NCBI GenBank assembly: GCA_964658305.1
Contig: OZ210884.1
Location: forward strand, 3,348,001 to 3,412,000
DNA length: 64,000 bases
Source: Leptogorgia sarmentosa
Taxonomy: Eukaryota
Direction of reading: 5' to 3'
Positions 62,601 to 64,000 of the stretch are shown here, piece after piece; position 1 is the first letter of the stretch; each line of letters starts with the position of its first letter. The notes beneath the pieces are model-generated. The model saw only the letters and a program-made list of their open reading frames with translations, was not told where the DNA came from and ran no database searches. The position numbers and the translations under genes are program-made.

Positions 62601-63811
62601 GCATACCTAATATTCGAGCTCAAGAACGTGCTAGAACCCACTGTCAGTTTGGACGTTGAAAATCGTGGTTTACTTCGTCTTGCGTATATATTCAGTGGAT
62701 TTTTTAGGAGGAAATGAGCACGATCGGGAGAGAAAACTAGTTTCTTTAGCGCGCTAGATTTGTATTCCAAACTTCTATTGCTTGAAACTTACTGCAATGA
62801 CGATTGTTTACAATATTTCACTTCGTCTTAACAGTAGATATAAATCATATAATAAATATTTTTTATTATATATATAATAAATAATTTTATATAGAAGACA
62901 ATGGAATACTGAAAAATGCACAGTGAGATACAATAGTGAAGATATCGATCACCTGAGTGACATGACCTTTTGATTTCAAAATGGCGACTTTCGTCTGAAT
63001 AACGAAAAAATTTTCTTACCTCCATTATAATTTTTTGAGAAATTTCAAAATATTCTTTGCTTCCTCTATTGCTGTACTCTTGTATGAATTCAACATTTAT
63101 GATTCTCAATCGACCCTGGACAGAAGCTGCAACATCTAGTAAAAATGAAGTATAAAAACGACAGTTGAGTAAGTGTTGACACATTCAATATAATTTGGTT
63201 TTCTTACTAGTTTATTACTAGTTAGTTTCCTGCAACACGTATCATGTGGTAATCTTAACATAAAATTGTCTAATTTCGACCATAAAATCAAGTACGACTT
63301 TCTTTTTTTACTTTTAAATCTTTTTTTACTTTTAAATCTTTTTTTACTTTTATATTTTTCAGATCATGCATGCACGATATAAACAGCTAAATTTAAAACT
63401 AAATTTGTTGTTTACAATGTTGAATTGTGAATGAACATGACTGCAAATTGCCAAATTTTGTAACTCTTTCTTTGTAACTCTATTTTGTAATCGTAGTTTT
63501 TAGCTGCTTGTACTCCGAATTGTAACCCCATTGTAGTTCTTGCGGCACACTAATATATGAATGTGAACCCCCTCTCCAATTATAGTTCTTCTTCGGCCAC
63601 TGAATTATCATGAAATTGCCAATCCGAAAGTATAGCAGAGACAAAAAAGGCTAATTCTAACTAGAGATTTTATACATACTTTTACACCTTGAGCCATCTT
63701 CACTCAGTCGTTTTCTTGGACTGATGCAATCGCAGATAAATGCTCCGGGAACATTGATGCATCTTTTTTCAAAGCCTGTACATTCTCCCGACTCACATTC
63801 ATTTATATCAG
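59647..63811 (-). CDS. Gene A 3' end: EGF - SEA - EGF - transmembrane - cytoplasmic tail (type I membrane, transmembrane-mucin-like C-terminus); 5' part beyond the right edge
   Basis: Exons 63680-63811 (EGF), 63020-63135, 61805-61872, 60922-61106 (SEA, LKGSTIT), 60268-60402 (EGF), 60004-60106 (TM: LLIAVIVPVAISFIILIVVVIVIISV), 59647-59749 (KTKDKKYEKKEYETQGKSPIMIYYYEQDIAEDII-stop). Phases are all compatible; the exact end of the last exon is less certain. Confidence 0.85.
59814..59961 (+). repeat. Degenerate hexamer microsatellite (GAGTAC/GAGCAC/GAGGAC) in the gene A intron after the TM exon
   Basis: Direct inspection; source of four overlapping spurious ORFs. Confidence 0.85.
63305..63352 (+). 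repeat. Short tandem repeat (tttttttacttttaaatct) about x2.5
   Basis: Direct inspection. Confidence 0.7.
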
Positions 63812-64000
63812 CTATATATGCAAAAAAATGATATTTGTTAAACAAAAATATTCTCACCTATAGATATGACAACCACACGGGATAAGATTTAGTTCGTGAT
63901 TTACAGCGCTTTTCCTATGTTGCACTAGGAACCTGCATTGCCTAGACGGCGCTATGGACGGGCAAACGCGCTAACATCACACTAATGATGAAGTGATTCT

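Noticed and set aside
63858..64000. Apparent donor TAG|gtgaga suggesting another gene A exon
   Set aside because: It would imply a 46-nt intron, and the required phase-1 frame has a stop 11 codons upstream.

Overview
AT-rich eukaryotic genomic DNA from an invertebrate animal; the repeat landscape suggests an anthozoan cnidarian, but that is an impression only. I built two head-to-tail minus-strand genes by hand from GT-AG boundaries and intron phases; most ORF-track entries are exon fragments or spurious. Gene A (3' end only, 59647->63811) encodes EGF - SEA - EGF - transmembrane helix - short Tyr-containing tail. Gene B starts at a signal-peptide exon (53588-53663) and runs off the left edge. 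It has 67 coding exons, 9838 coding nt (>=3279 aa) and no stop or frameshift found. Its order is signal peptide, small 4-Cys domain, EGF, three LDLR-class-B/YWTD-like beta-propellers separated by EGFs, 17 tandem mostly Ca-binding EGFs, then repeated [SEA-EGF-SEA-EGF x6-7] modules. These modules come from a 12-13 kb intragenic tandem duplication (three full copies plus a partial one). The copies are mosaic and differ by an in-frame two-exon fusion, an in-frame exon deletion and copy-specific insertions: a Penelope-like palindrome with minimal hammerhead ribozyme motifs, a Helentron-type element, Crypton-like hairpin elements and a hAT-type MITE. No rRNA, tRNA or CRISPR array was recognised.
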